In this document: piece after piece, positions 1 to 9,401 of the stretch
Layout: each line of letters opens with the position of its first letter
Position numbering within the stretch: position 1 is the stretch's first letter
NCBI GenBank assembly: GCA_045648365.1
Contig: JAZRNX010000017.1
Span: 1 to 51,533, forward strand
Direction of reading: 5' to 3'
From: Acutalibacteraceae bacterium
Lineage (GTDB): Bacteria > Bacillota > Clostridia > Oscillospirales > Acutalibacteraceae
Length of the DNA stretch: 51,533 bases
Translations under genes and position numbers: made by a program
Notes under the pieces: model-generated
Seen by the model: the letters and a program-made list of their open reading frames with translations, nothing else
The model's database searches: none
Told to the model about the DNA's origin: nothing

Positions 1-213
1 TGTTTTAAACTTTTTGACCAAAACCTTGCTCTTACTGCTGGAGCGCCATCAAAACAGACACAAATGATGGCACTTGATATTTATAATACCTTTTACGGAA
101 AAATCGGTTTTGAGGGCGTGGGACAAGCGAAAGCGGTGGTTTTCTTCCTAATTGTTGCCGCTATTGCCCTATCTCAACTTTATTTCACGGGCAAAAAAGA
201 GGTGGAACGATGA
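1..213 (+). CDS. ABC sugar transporter permease, C-terminal fragment (5' end outside window)
   Basis: Frame +1 is open from nt 1 to TGA 211-213 (...GQAKAVVFFLIVAAIALSQLYFTGKKEVER*). It has a hydrophobic terminal helix. The ATGA overlap with the next permease gene is typical of paired MalF/MalG-type genes. Confidence 0.6.
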   Translation, partial: CFKLFDQNLALTAGAPSKQTQMMALDIYNTFYGKIGFEGVGQAKAVVFFLIVAAIALSQLYFTGKKEVER

Positions 214-1037
214 TAAAATCAAAAAGAATCATAACTTCACTTCTCTTGGCAACTTTAGCAACGGTATTTTTAATGCCGATTTTTATAGTTTTAATTAATT
301 CTCTTAAATCGAAATTTTCTATAAGCCAAACACCATTTGAGCTGCCCGATAAAACCACCTTTGTAGGTATAGAAAATTATATTAAAGGTATTAGGGATAC
401 GGGCTTTTTATCAGCGTTTTTCTGGTCTTTATTTATAACCGTATCTTCGGTGGCGGTTTTAATAATATTCACTTCTATGACCGCTTGGTATCTAACACGA
501 GTTAAGACACTCTTGAGCAGAATTATATATATTTTATTAATTTTCTCAATGATAGTTCCCTTTCAGATGGTTATGTTTACAATGTCAAAAACCGCAAACA
601 CCTTAGGGCTTGATAATCCTATTGGCATAATACTGATTTATCTCGGTTTCGGCGCGGGACTTTCGGTATTTATGTTTAGCGGGTTTGTAAAATCCGTGCC
701 TTTGAGCATCGAAGAATCGGCTACTATTGACGGCTGCAACCCATTGCAGACATTTTGGTATATTGTATTTCCCGTTTTAAAACCCACCGCAATAACGGTA
801 GCAATTCTCAATACAATGTGGATTTGGAACGACTATCTTCTTCCTTATCTTGTAATCGGCAATGAGTATAAAACTATACCTATTGCAGTTCAGTATTTAA
901 AGGGCGGTTACGGTTCTATTGATATGGGCGCTATGATGGCAATGCTTGTTCTTGCTATTTTACCTGTTGTGATTTTCTATCTGTCTTGTCAAAAGTATAT
1001 TATTAAAGGCGTTGCCGCAGGTGCGGTAAAGGGATAA
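210..1037 (+). CDS. carbohydrate ABC transporter permease (MalG/LacG-type)
   Basis: 275-aa polytopic ORF with an EAA-loop motif (IEESATIDGCNPLQTFWYIVFPVLKP), which is diagnostic of binding-protein-dependent importer permeases. Confidence 0.85.
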   Translation: MIKSKRIITSLLLATLATVFLMPIFIVLINSLKSKFSISQTPFELPDKTTFVGIENYIKGIRDTGFLSAFFWSLFITVSSVAVLIIFTSMTAWYLTRVKTLLSRIIYILLIFSMIVPFQMVMFTMSKTANTLGLDNPIGIILIYLGFGAGLSVFMFSGFVKSVPLSIEESATIDGCNPLQTFWYIVFPVLKPTAITVAILNTMWIWNDYLLPYLVIGNEYKTIPIAVQYLKGGYGSIDMGAMMAMLVLAILPVVIFYLSCQKYIIKGVAAGAVKG

Positions 1038-1040
1038 GAT

Positions 1041-1080
1041 AAAAAAACAGTCTGAAATCAAGTTTCAGACTGTTTTAATT
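1041..1080. terminator. bidirectional intrinsic terminator between convergent genes
   Basis: Hairpin ACAGTCTGAAA-tcaag-TTTCAGACTGT, flanked by an A-run upstream and a T-rich tract downstream. Confidence 0.75.
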
Positions 1081-2799
1081 TTAACCTACTTTTTCGTCGG
1101 CAGATGTATCTTTCTTACTATATTCCTCAAACAACTCATCAAGAAGCGTACGGGTTTCGGGAAAATCCTCACTTATATTAAGACCGAAGAATTCGTAATT
1201 AGTACGATTACTTTCAATAATATTATATGAGAAATTAGTATCGTAATCGCGATTTGCAGAATAAACCTTTGCATTGGCAAGTTCCTTTTTATAAAGTTCA
1301 AAAATTTTACGCATCTGCTCTTTATTAATTTTCATATAGGCGTAAACAGTTTTTCCGTTTTTTTCAAAATTGAAATCAACATCAAAATGCTCATAGGCAC
1401 TTTCAATTTGATATTCAATATTTTGAATACGCTCTTCACTTTTTGCATATCTCATAAGAAGTTCTTCAATCTTTTCGCTTTCATACCAGAATTTTCTGGT
1501 CATTGTAAGACCGTTTTTAAGCTTATAGGTTAATAATACCGAATTATCAAAACCTTCATTAAACTCCTTGTCATAAACCGCTCTATGAATATCAAGGGCT
1601 AAAGTTGGGTCATCATATATTACATTAGTACTATCAATACCTATAGATACATATTCGATTTTTTCTGCTTCGGGAATTCGCTTAGAAAAACCGAAAATAT
1701 CAAACGAAATACTTAAGAAAGTTGCCGCTAGTATAGCAAAGGAAATTACGCCTGTTATAATATAACTCTTAACCTTTTTAAAACCTCTATCGGTTATAGC
1801 ACCATAAACTATACAGGAAAGAATAGCTCCAATGCCTGCAAGCGCATAAAACTCTACTGAATTTTCATCAGCGCCAAAAATAAGCGCTAAAGCGTATCCG
1901 CAACAGAAGCCTACAAGCAAACTACAGATAACATAAATGAATCTGAAAGCGAAGGAGTCTCCGCCCTTTTCTACAGGTCTTTTTCTATATAAGAAAAGTG
2001 AAATTAAATAGAAAATTACAGTTAAAGCAATACAAACTGCAAAATGAATTATGATGGCTGTTGTAGAAAGCATTTCATTAAGAGAATCCTGATAGGCGTA
2101 TTTAGTTATGCCTTCAAATAGGAAATACGGCGGTGATATATATCTGAATAAATCTGTGGTGCTAGTGGGATAATACCCCCTTAAATTATCATAGCAATAA
2201 TCAAGCAGTATTGAGCCTATAAGCATACTGCCGATATTTATGCCGAAAAAGGATACCGCCCAGTCAAATGCTGTTCCTGCGCAAACAATAAATATCATTG
2301 AGAATGCCGAGCAGAAAAGCATTGCCAAAAGCGTGTAAGCAGAACCTATTACCAAAGGTAAGATTTCACCTACAACACTAGGCATAAAAAGTATAATTCC
2401 AGTCATACTCAAATATCCGAGAAGTACAGGCACAATAACATTGATAATTCCTGAAAAACATCTTGCGAAAAGGAGTTCTCCTCTTTTTAAGGGTACGGAA
2501 TGAAAAACATCGCTGGATTTTTTAGAAAACAGATATGAGAAATTGAGTATATTAAGCAAAACTACTCCAATTGAAGCGGCGGCGGTTATCCAAAGAATCA
2601 TAGATTCGGTAACACTGCTAAAATCGTATGCTCTCATATTGTTTTCAACAAAATCAAATATACGGGTAAGTACCAGACCGGGACAGATTATAAGCATAGC
2701 TATACTTGCTAAAATAGTTAAACCGATATTTTTTCTAACGGAAAAACCAATAAGTTTCGCGGTGGGATTTAACTTATTCGAGGATGTTCTTAACATCAT
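1081..2799 (-). CDS. polytopic membrane protein, putative permease partner of the adjacent ABC ATPase, with a C-terminal soluble domain of about 190 aa
   Basis: 572-aa ORF. The N-terminal ~380 aa form many hydrophobic helices and the C-terminal third is hydrophilic. Its start overlaps the end of the ATPase gene by 26 nt, suggesting translational coupling. No family was recognised by eye. Confidence 0.55.
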   Translation of the reverse strand: MMLRTSSNKLNPTAKLIGFSVRKNIGLTILASIAMLIICPGLVLTRIFDFVENNMRAYDFSSVTESMILWITAAASIGVVLLNILNFSYLFSKKSSDVFHSVPLKRGELLFARCFSGIINVIVPVLLGYLSMTGIILFMPSVVGEILPLVIGSAYTLLAMLFCSAFSMIFIVCAGTAFDWAVSFFGINIGSMLIGSILLDYCYDNLRGYYPTSTTDLFRYISPPYFLFEGITKYAYQDSLNEMLSTTAIIIHFAVCIALTVIFYLISLFLYRKRPVEKGGDSFAFRFIYVICSLLVGFCCGYALALIFGADENSVEFYALAGIGAILSCIVYGAITDRGFKKVKSYIITGVISFAILAATFLSISFDIFGFSKRIPEAEKIEYVSIGIDSTNVIYDDPTLALDIHRAVYDKEFNEGFDNSVLLTYKLKNGLTMTRKFWYESEKIEELLMRYAKSEERIQNIEYQIESAYEHFDVDFNFEKNGKTVYAYMKINKEQMRKIFELYKKELANAKVYSANRDYDTNFSYNIIESNRTNYEFFGLNISEDFPETRTLLDELFEEYSKKDTSADEKVG

Positions 2800-3673
2800 A
2801 ACCCGTCACCTCCAATTCATACATAAACATTTCTTCGAGCGTTGGTTCGATACACTCTGCAAACAAGGGGCAAAGACCGTTTATATAATCTAAAATCTCC
2901 TTGCGCTCTCCCCTTGCAATTATCTGAACAAGGGAGCCGGTGCGTTCAAGTTTAATTAAATCAAGTTTTTCGAAAATTTTAGTTTCGGGAACACTCGAAA
3001 ATGCTACCTGAATTTTATGAACCTTATCTCTGATGCCTTCAATAGCGCCGTCCATAATCATTTTGCCTTCGTGTATAAGCCCTATGTGGTCGCACAGGGA
3101 TTCTAACTCTCTTAAATTATGGGAAGCGATTATAGCCGTAATTCCCGACTTCTCAACGCCATTCATAAGTATATTACCAAGGACCTTTCGCATAACAACA
3201 TCAAGTCCGTCAAAGGCCTCATCTAACAATATGTAACGGGGTTTTGTAGAAAGCAACAAAATAAGTGACGCTTGTCTTTGCATACCTTTAGAAAAGGTAG
3301 AAAGTCGCGCTTTAGGATTAAGCGGAAAAATCGATAACAAACGATTATATTCGTCATAACTGAAATCGGGATAAAGCGACGCATAAAATCTCGCCATATC
3401 ACTTAAATTGGATTGCGGTAAAAAATAAGGTGTATCACCTAAAAAAGCAATTTGTGATTTAATCAGAGGGTTATCAAACGCGGGAATTCCGTCGACGCAG
3501 ATTTCTCCCCCATCTGCTCTATATACACCAGAAATCAAACGAAGAAGTGTTGATTTACCTGAGCCATTTGAGCCAACAAGACCGTAAATGCAACCATCTT
3601 CAATTTGAAAAGATATTTTATCAAGCGCTATCTTGTTTTCGAATTGCTTATAAACATCCTTGCCGGTAATCAT
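2774..3673 (-). CDS. ABC transporter ATP-binding protein
   Basis: Walker A GSNGSGKST, signature-like FSKGMQRQ, Walker B ILLDEAFDGLD and an H-loop SH. It has a C-terminal extension typical of ABC-2/YtrB-like ATPases. Confidence 0.9.
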   Translation of the reverse strand: MITGKDVYKQFENKIALDKISFQIEDGCIYGLVGSNGSGKSTLLRLISGVYRADGGEICVDGIPAFDNPLIKSQIAFLGDTPYFLPQSNLSDMARFYASLYPDFSYDEYNRLLSIFPLNPKARLSTFSKGMQRQASLILLLSTKPRYILLDEAFDGLDVVMRKVLGNILMNGVEKSGITAIIASHNLRELESLCDHIGLIHEGKMIMDGAIEGIRDKVHKIQVAFSSVPETKIFEKLDLIKLERTGSLVQIIARGERKEILDYINGLCPLFAECIEPTLEEMFMYELEVTGYDVKNILE

Positions 3674-3688
3674 TTATATCATTCCTTT

Positions 3689-4045
3689 CTAATATGTTTT
3701 TTCAATAAGGGAAATTAACTGTTCTTTGGTGAGTCCTATCTTTTTTGCCTCATCAATAGCCGATTTAAAATTATTCTCGGCATTCTCTATGATAGCGTTA
3801 TATGCTTTATCATCATCAGATATAAAAGAACCTTTTCCCTTTACGGTATAAATTATTCCGTTGGATTCAAGAATAGCGTATGCCTTTTGCACCGTGTTTG
3901 GATTAACGGAAAACTGGGAAGCAAGAACACGAACACTCGGTAGTTGTTCTCCGCCCTTTAAAACACCAATAGCTTTTAGCTTGATAAAACCGTTTACTAT
4001 CTGGTCGCAAATAGGAACGCCGTTTTTTAAATCAAGTTGGAACAT
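3689..4045 (-). CDS. short GntR-family transcriptional regulator (YtrA subfamily-like)
   Basis: 118 aa with an N-terminal winged HTH (LPSVRVLASQFSVNPNTVQKAYAILE) and a short C-terminal helical tail. It is the first gene of an operon with the ABC ATPase and membrane protein. Confidence 0.85.
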   Translation of the reverse strand: MFQLDLKNGVPICDQIVNGFIKLKAIGVLKGGEQLPSVRVLASQFSVNPNTVQKAYAILESNGIIYTVKGKGSFISDDDKAYNAIIENAENNFKSAIDEAKKIGLTKEQLISLIEKTY

Positions 4046-4061
4046 TTATTCACCCCTTCCT

Positions 4062-4086
4062 ACTGTACTATGTCAATTAGTACAGT
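4062..4086. promoter_or_regulatory. perfect 9-bp inverted repeat, candidate GntR/YtrA operator
   Basis: ACTGTACTA-N7-TAGTACAGT lies 4 nt downstream of the -10 box and 16 nt upstream of the GntR start codon. Confidence 0.55.
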
Positions 4087-4089
4087 TAC

Positions 4090-4118
4090 ATTATAACAAC
4101 CTTATATAAATTTGTCAA
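4090..4118 (-). promoter_or_regulatory. consensus sigma-A promoter of the GntR-ABC operon
   Basis: The minus strand reads TTGACA-N17-TATAAT (-35 at 4113-4118, -10 at 4090-4095). Confidence 0.65.
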
Positions 4119-4120
4119 TA

Positions 4121-4160
4121 GAAAATTAAAAACACAGACAGAAATTTTTCCGTCTGTGTT
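4121..4160 (-). terminator. intrinsic terminator after the GNAT gene
   Basis: Stem AACACAGAC/GTCTGTGTT with a 12-nt loop, followed on the minus strand by a T-rich tract. Confidence 0.65.
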
Positions 4161-4163
4161 TCC

Positions 4164-4652
4164 TTATTGTTTATTTATAAACTCAAATGCAATTCTGGGG
4201 TCGCCGTTTGCAAGATAAATGGTTCCGCATTTTATAAAACCATTTTTAATAAGTAGATGCTGCATTACTCTATTATCACTATGAGTATCAATGCGTAAAT
4301 TCAATTTATACCCTTTACAGTAATCAAGACAAGTTTTAAGAACGCCTTTGCTCTTCCCGGCACTCGCTACTCTATGAACTGCATAATACTCACTATCCGA
4401 AAACCAGTTCCCGTTTTCTATATAATTATATGTTGGGTCCTCACCCTTAATGAAAGCAAAAACGCCGTGTATTTCATCATCATTAACTAATACATATAAT
4501 TGTTCCTTATTTATATCTTCTATAAGGACTTCCTTTTGAGGATAACCACCATTCCATTGTGTCGGATTACCGGTTTTTCTCATAAAACCTCTTGCAGTTT
4601 CATAAACGGCAAGAATTTCGTTTAATTCATTAAGTTTTGCTAATCTAATCAT
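4164..4652 (-). CDS. GNAT-family N-acetyltransferase
   Basis: 162 aa of typical GNAT size, with a motif-A region (HRVASAGKSKGVLKTCLDYC). It begins 4 nt after mutS2 ends and is probably co-transcribed. Confidence 0.75.
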   Translation of the reverse strand: MIRLAKLNELNEILAVYETARGFMRKTGNPTQWNGGYPQKEVLIEDINKEQLYVLVNDDEIHGVFAFIKGEDPTYNYIENGNWFSDSEYYAVHRVASAGKSKGVLKTCLDYCKGYKLNLRIDTHSDNRVMQHLLIKNGFIKCGTIYLANGDPRIAFEFINKQ

Positions 4653-4655
4653 ACT

Positions 4656-7043
4656 CTATTCCTTAAACTCCGCAATAGTAACACCGTCTTCACCTTCACC
4701 GAAAACGCCAAGTCGGAAGGTTTTAATGGATTTGTGGGACCTGAGATAGCTCTGAACTGCTTTTCTTAAGACGCCCGTTCCCTTTCCGTGAATAATACGG
4801 ATAGATTCAAGGTGAGAAAGAATAGCATTATCAATATATTTATCAAGTTCCATAAGCGCTTCATCTGAAGCCATACCTCTTAAATCTACCTCACCCGATA
4901 CATTTCTTGCGGCATTTGAAACCATCTTACTAACCTTACGGGTTTTCTTTATTTCGGTAGTTTGGGCGGATTTTTTAATGCGAAGGTCATCAAGCTTAAC
5001 CCACATTTTCATAGAACCAGACATAACGAAAACTCTTTTGCCCTTATCGTCAGTATCAATAACGGTAGCATCTTTGTTAATGCTACTAATTATAACAATA
5101 TCATTTTTTTGAGGCATTTTATCAAGCTTTTCTCGGTTGTCCTGACGATTTTCAACGGGGTCAGCAAGATTATCAAGTTCGTCAAGGGTCTTCTTATAAT
5201 TAAGCCGCGCATTTTCAATGCTTTTAGCTGCATTTTCTGCCGTTAGCGCTTTTTTAGATTCTTCTAACTGATTAAGAAGAATAGAAGATTTGTTTCGAGC
5301 GTCCTCAATTATCCGACTTGCCTTTTCGCGAGTTTGCTCCATCAGTTTTTCTTGCTTAATTCGAAGTTCATTTTCGATATTTTCGGTGCGCTTTTTGCTC
5401 TCATAAAGGTCCATTTTGAGTCGGGAAACTTTTGCCCTTTCCTCTTCCGCCTCTTGTCGTGCCTTTTCAAGTGACGCTACTACCCTCTCAAATCGCATAT
5501 CATCTTCGGTAACTTGATTTCTTGCGCTATCGATAATAAAGTCGCCAAGACCTAATTTACGGGATATTTCAAAGGCATTAGACCTACCCGGTACACCAAT
5601 GATAAGTTTATAGGTGGGTTTTAAGGTGGCAATGTCAAATTCGCAACTTGCGTTCTGAACTCTCAAACTGTCAAGGGCGTAGGATTTAAGTTCGGGATAG
5701 TGGGTTGTGGCTACTGTTTTTGAACCATTTTCCGTCAGATGCATCAATATGGCTTTGGCGAGGGCTGCGCCTTCAATGGGGTCTGTACCCGCGCAAAGTT
5801 CATCGAATAAAACCAATGAATTATTATCAAATTCATCAAGAATAGATATGATATTAACCATATGGGATGAAAATGTTGAAAGTGACTGTTCGATACTTTG
5901 TTCATCACCGATATCGGCGAAAATCTTATTAAATACCGCAATTTCACTGTTATCATCGGCTGGTATCATAAGTCCGCACATAGCCATTAAAGTTAAAAGA
6001 CCTACCGTTTTAAGCGTTACAGTTTTACCACCTGTATTTGGTCCTGTAATAATAAGGGTATCATATTCTTCGCCCAAAGTTACGGTGATAGGAACAACTT
6101 TTCTTCTATCAATAAGTGGATGACGAGCATTTTTAAGATATATATATCCCCTATCATTTATTTTGGGCACAATAGCACCCATTTTGTAGGCAAGTTTTGC
6201 TTTAGCAAAAATAGTACAAAGTGAAATAAGAGAATTATGAGAATATTTTATACTATCTGCAAATTCCGCCACCTCCGCGGAAAGCTCTGCAAGAATTCGC
6301 GCAATTTCCTCTTGCTCTTTGGCTTTAAGTACACGGATTTCATTATTTGTTTCAACAACGCTCATTGGCTCAATAAATAAGGTTGAGCCGCTTGAGGATG
6401 TATCGTGTAAAATACCTTTAATTTCACCGCGGTATTCTGCTCGTACGGGTACAACATATCTGCCGTCCCTTTGAGTAATAATGGCATCTTGAAGGTATTT
6501 CGCAGTACCGCCTCTGATTATTTTTTCAAGATTATCTCGAAGCTTAGATGAAGCACCTGCAATTTTTCTTCGGATATCCGAAAGCGCCGCCGATGCCTTA
6601 TCATTTATTTCGTCCTCAGACTTTATAGCAAATGTAATTTTATTTTCAAGATAATTATTAGGGTTAAGCGCATTAAAATAAATATCGAGGGATGTTTCGG
6701 GTGTACCAGAAAAGTCTTCACGCCATTTTTTAACGGTGCGGATAACTCTTAAAACTTCTGCAACGCATAAAAGCTCCTTAGCGGAAAGCGTAGCACCTAC
6801 TGTTGCTCTGGCTAAAACACTCGGTACATTCCCTTGCGAACTAAACACAGGGGCAGAATATTTTGCCATAAATAGATATGCGTCTTCAGTCTGTTTTAAA
6901 AGCAGTTTAACCTCCTCGAACTGACGGGAAGGTTTAATGGTTAATATTTGCTCTTTAGCTTCAGGCATTACCGCCTCTTCACTCAAAAATTCAAGAACTC
7001 TGTTAAGTTCAAGAGTGTTTATTTGTTTTTGTAAATTATACAT
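4656..7043 (-). CDS. mutS2: endonuclease MutS2 (MutS domain V ATPase + C-terminal Smr domain)
   Basis: 795 aa with Walker A GPNTGGKTV, a DELCAGTDP motif, a long coiled-coil and a C-terminal Smr domain (VDLRGM...IIHGKGTGVLR). Confidence 0.95.
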   Translation of the reverse strand: MYNLQKQINTLELNRVLEFLSEEAVMPEAKEQILTIKPSRQFEEVKLLLKQTEDAYLFMAKYSAPVFSSQGNVPSVLARATVGATLSAKELLCVAEVLRVIRTVKKWREDFSGTPETSLDIYFNALNPNNYLENKITFAIKSEDEINDKASAALSDIRRKIAGASSKLRDNLEKIIRGGTAKYLQDAIITQRDGRYVVPVRAEYRGEIKGILHDTSSSGSTLFIEPMSVVETNNEIRVLKAKEQEEIARILAELSAEVAEFADSIKYSHNSLISLCTIFAKAKLAYKMGAIVPKINDRGYIYLKNARHPLIDRRKVVPITVTLGEEYDTLIITGPNTGGKTVTLKTVGLLTLMAMCGLMIPADDNSEIAVFNKIFADIGDEQSIEQSLSTFSSHMVNIISILDEFDNNSLVLFDELCAGTDPIEGAALAKAILMHLTENGSKTVATTHYPELKSYALDSLRVQNASCEFDIATLKPTYKLIIGVPGRSNAFEISRKLGLGDFIIDSARNQVTEDDMRFERVVASLEKARQEAEEERAKVSRLKMDLYESKKRTENIENELRIKQEKLMEQTREKASRIIEDARNKSSILLNQLEESKKALTAENAAKSIENARLNYKKTLDELDNLADPVENRQDNREKLDKMPQKNDIVIISSINKDATVIDTDDKGKRVFVMSGSMKMWVKLDDLRIKKSAQTTEIKKTRKVSKMVSNAARNVSGEVDLRGMASDEALMELDKYIDNAILSHLESIRIIHGKGTGVLRKAVQSYLRSHKSIKTFRLGVFGEGEDGVTIAEFKE

Positions 7044-7050
7044 TTTTACC

Positions 7051-7788
7051 TCAAATTATACTTTTGTAAAAATCAAGTGTACTAAATTTATGTTCAGTTT
7101 GAAGCATTATATATTTCTCTGTAATTTTCGATAAGACTTCGGCCTGATTTTCGGAAATTTCAAAGGAATATAAAGATTCGAATTTTGAATAAACAATGTG
7201 TCTCATAGCTTTTAAAACTGCCAGACTAATAGGTTCGCAATATTCACCTTTACGACAATTATCGCAATAAAGCACACCTTCATATGTATTAAAAAACATA
7301 ACATCGTTTTCGAATTCTCCGCAACTGTCACAAGCAACCAAATTTGGCTCATATCCAGAAAGAACAGCTATTCTAAGTTCCGTAATTGCTTTTATTATAT
7401 CAAGCGATTTTTTCTTTTCAGTAATAAAGTGCAAAGAATTAAGAATTAATCGTAAAAACTCTTCGCACTTATCATCATATGGTCCTAAAACGAGGCACAG
7501 TTCACAAAAATACTGTGAAAGAGCTAAAACATCCACATCGCTACCGGCGCCAAAAAAAAGTTTATTTACGGTTGCTTCTTTGATTTTATATGTATCGCCT
7601 TTTTTCTCAATATCAAAATTCGAATAGGATAAAAGCCCCGTGGCACTTCCTCTTCGACTTTTGATACTTTTGGCGCCTACTGCAAAGGCTTTAATAACAC
7701 CGAAATCACGAGTCATAATAGTAACCAAACGGTCGTTATCGCCTATATTCATTTCTTTAATAACTAATCCGTCGGTAGAAAAACTCAT
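7051..7788 (-). CDS. recO: DNA repair protein RecO
   Basis: OB-fold N-terminus followed by a CxxC...CxxC zinc motif (CDSCGEF...CDNCRK). It sits downstream of era as in Bacillus. I set the start at ATG 7788, preceded by GGAGGA; the track's 7800 start is a TTG inside that RBS. Confidence 0.85.
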   Translation of the reverse strand: MSFSTDGLVIKEMNIGDNDRLVTIMTRDFGVIKAFAVGAKSIKSRRGSATGLLSYSNFDIEKKGDTYKIKEATVNKLFFGAGSDVDVLALSQYFCELCLVLGPYDDKCEEFLRLILNSLHFITEKKKSLDIIKAITELRIAVLSGYEPNLVACDSCGEFENDVMFFNTYEGVLYCDNCRKGEYCEPISLAVLKAMRHIVYSKFESLYSFEISENQAEVLSKITEKYIMLQTEHKFSTLDFYKSII

Positions 7789-7789
7789 A

Positions 7790-7894
7790 CTATCCTCCAA
7801 GATTACCGTTTTTATGGCAACAATTTATATACTTAAGATAATCTTCAACCTTACCAGTAATTATAAATCTATTCCATTCCTTTTCGCCTACCAT
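7790..7894 (-). CDS. yqzL: small YqzL-like protein (34 aa; not in the ORF track)
   Basis: ATG at 7894 is preceded by AAAGGA 8 nt upstream. Translation is MVGEKEWNRFIITGKVEDYLKYINCCHKNGNLGG*. The W..F..TG.V..YL.Y pattern and the position between era and recO match Bacillus yqzL. Stop TAG 7790-7792 lies 1 nt before the recO ATG. Confidence 0.5.
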   Translation of the reverse strand: MVGEKEWNRFIITGKVEDYLKYINCCHKNGNLGG

Positions 7895-7970
7895 AAACAT
7901 CGTCCTTTACAAAGTTTTCGATATTATTTTTTGTAACGAAAATAGAAATATGGTAGGAAAATAATTCAAA

Positions 7971-8897
7971 TTAATTATTGTCTAAACCAAAAGTATGGAT
8001 AAGACCTTGACGGTTTCGCCAATCTTCTTTAACTTTTACCCATAGCTTTACCGAAGCTTTTATACCAAAAAATTCTTCGATATCCTTGCGAGCCATAGTT
8101 CCGATTTTTTTAAGCATTGCGCCGCCCTTGCCGATAACGATTCCTTTATGAGATTCTTTTTCGCAATATATAACCGCTTCGACCTCTAATATTGGCTCAC
8201 CTGCAGAATTATCGCGTTCATAGAATTTCTCAAGGTCAACAGCGATTCCGTGAGGCACCTCTTTGCTTAAAATACGAAGCAACTTTTCTCTGATAATTTC
8301 CGCAACCATTACCTTATCGGGTTGGTCTGTAACATCCTCATCATCAAAGAAATGAGGCGAAGGTTTTTTATATTTTTGCAGTTCATTAAGAAGAATATCA
8401 ATGCCATCACCGCTTTTAGCAGAGAGCGGGATGACGGCCTCGAAATTGTGCTGTTTGGAATAAGCGCTTATTATATCGAAAAGTTTTTCCTTCTCTGGCA
8501 ATAAGTCTATTTTATTAATGACTAATAAACATTTAATTTTTTTAGATTTAACCGATTCCAAAAGAGCAATTTCTGCGGCGGGTATATTATCTTCATCCAA
8601 TTTAAAATCGGGACAAGCATCAACAACTAAAACAACTGCATCAACATCACTCATACCGCTATCAACGGCCTTAATCATATTGGTGCCCAAAAGATTATGC
8701 GGCTTATGAAAACCAGGGGTGTCAATAAATACAAACTGTGTTTCTTCTTTTGTTAAAATACCCATTATTCGAGTGCGGGTTGTTTGCGGCTTGTCCGAAA
8801 CTATGGCAACCTTTTGACCGAGTATCTTATTCATCAAAGAAGATTTGCCCACATTGGCTCTGCCTATAATTGTTATAAATGCGGATTGTTGATTCAT
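7971..8897 (-). CDS. era: GTPase Era
   Basis: G1 GRANVGKSS, G3 DTPG, G4 NKID and a C-terminal KH domain (GKGGAMLKKIG). Confidence 0.95.
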   Translation of the reverse strand: MNQQSAFITIIGRANVGKSSLMNKILGQKVAIVSDKPQTTRTRIMGILTKEETQFVFIDTPGFHKPHNLLGTNMIKAVDSGMSDVDAVVLVVDACPDFKLDEDNIPAAEIALLESVKSKKIKCLLVINKIDLLPEKEKLFDIISAYSKQHNFEAVIPLSAKSGDGIDILLNELQKYKKPSPHFFDDEDVTDQPDKVMVAEIIREKLLRILSKEVPHGIAVDLEKFYERDNSAGEPILEVEAVIYCEKESHKGIVIGKGGAMLKKIGTMARKDIEEFFGIKASVKLWVKVKEDWRNRQGLIHTFGLDNN

Positions 8898-8900
8898 AGA

Positions 8901-9401
8901 TTACTCCTTATTTGTCTTAACGGCAAGTCCCATACTTTCAAGAACAGCACTTTGTTTTGACCGCATAAGCTTGTCTTCTTCATCAGAATTAACATGGTCA
9001 TAGCCCAGAAGATGAAGGATAGAATGAACAGTTAAAAAAGCGGTTTCTCTTTTTAAACTATGGCCATATGTGTTTGCTTGAGCCACTGCGTGTTCAAGAG
9101 ATATAACTACATCACCAAGCATAGCCGCATTTGTTTCGGGATTTATATCATACTCACCGTCTTCACCCAGAGGAAAGGATAATACATCGGTGCTTTTATC
9201 CATGTTTCTAAATTCAGAGTTTAAGTGCTTAATTTCTTCATCATCAACAAAGGTTACATTTATTTCTGCATCATAAAAAAAGTTTTCGCTTAAAAGCGTA
9301 TAAAAACACGCTTTTTTAACTAACCTTTTTATGCCTAATGGTAATTTAATTCTATTTTGACTGTTGATTATATTTACTTTTGTTTTCATTTTTATTTCCA
9401 T
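8901..9401 (-). CDS. ybeY: rRNA maturation endoribonuclease YbeY
   Basis: Zinc motif HSILHLLGYDH and a size of about 160 aa. An alternative start at ATG 9389 is possible. Either start overlaps the phoH 3' end by 38-50 nt. Confidence 0.9.
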   Translation of the reverse strand: MEIKMKTKVNIINSQNRIKLPLGIKRLVKKACFYTLLSENFFYDAEINVTFVDDEEIKHLNSEFRNMDKSTDVLSFPLGEDGEYDINPETNAAMLGDVVISLEHAVAQANTYGHSLKRETAFLTVHSILHLLGYDHVNSDEEDKLMRSKQSAVLESMGLAVKTNKE

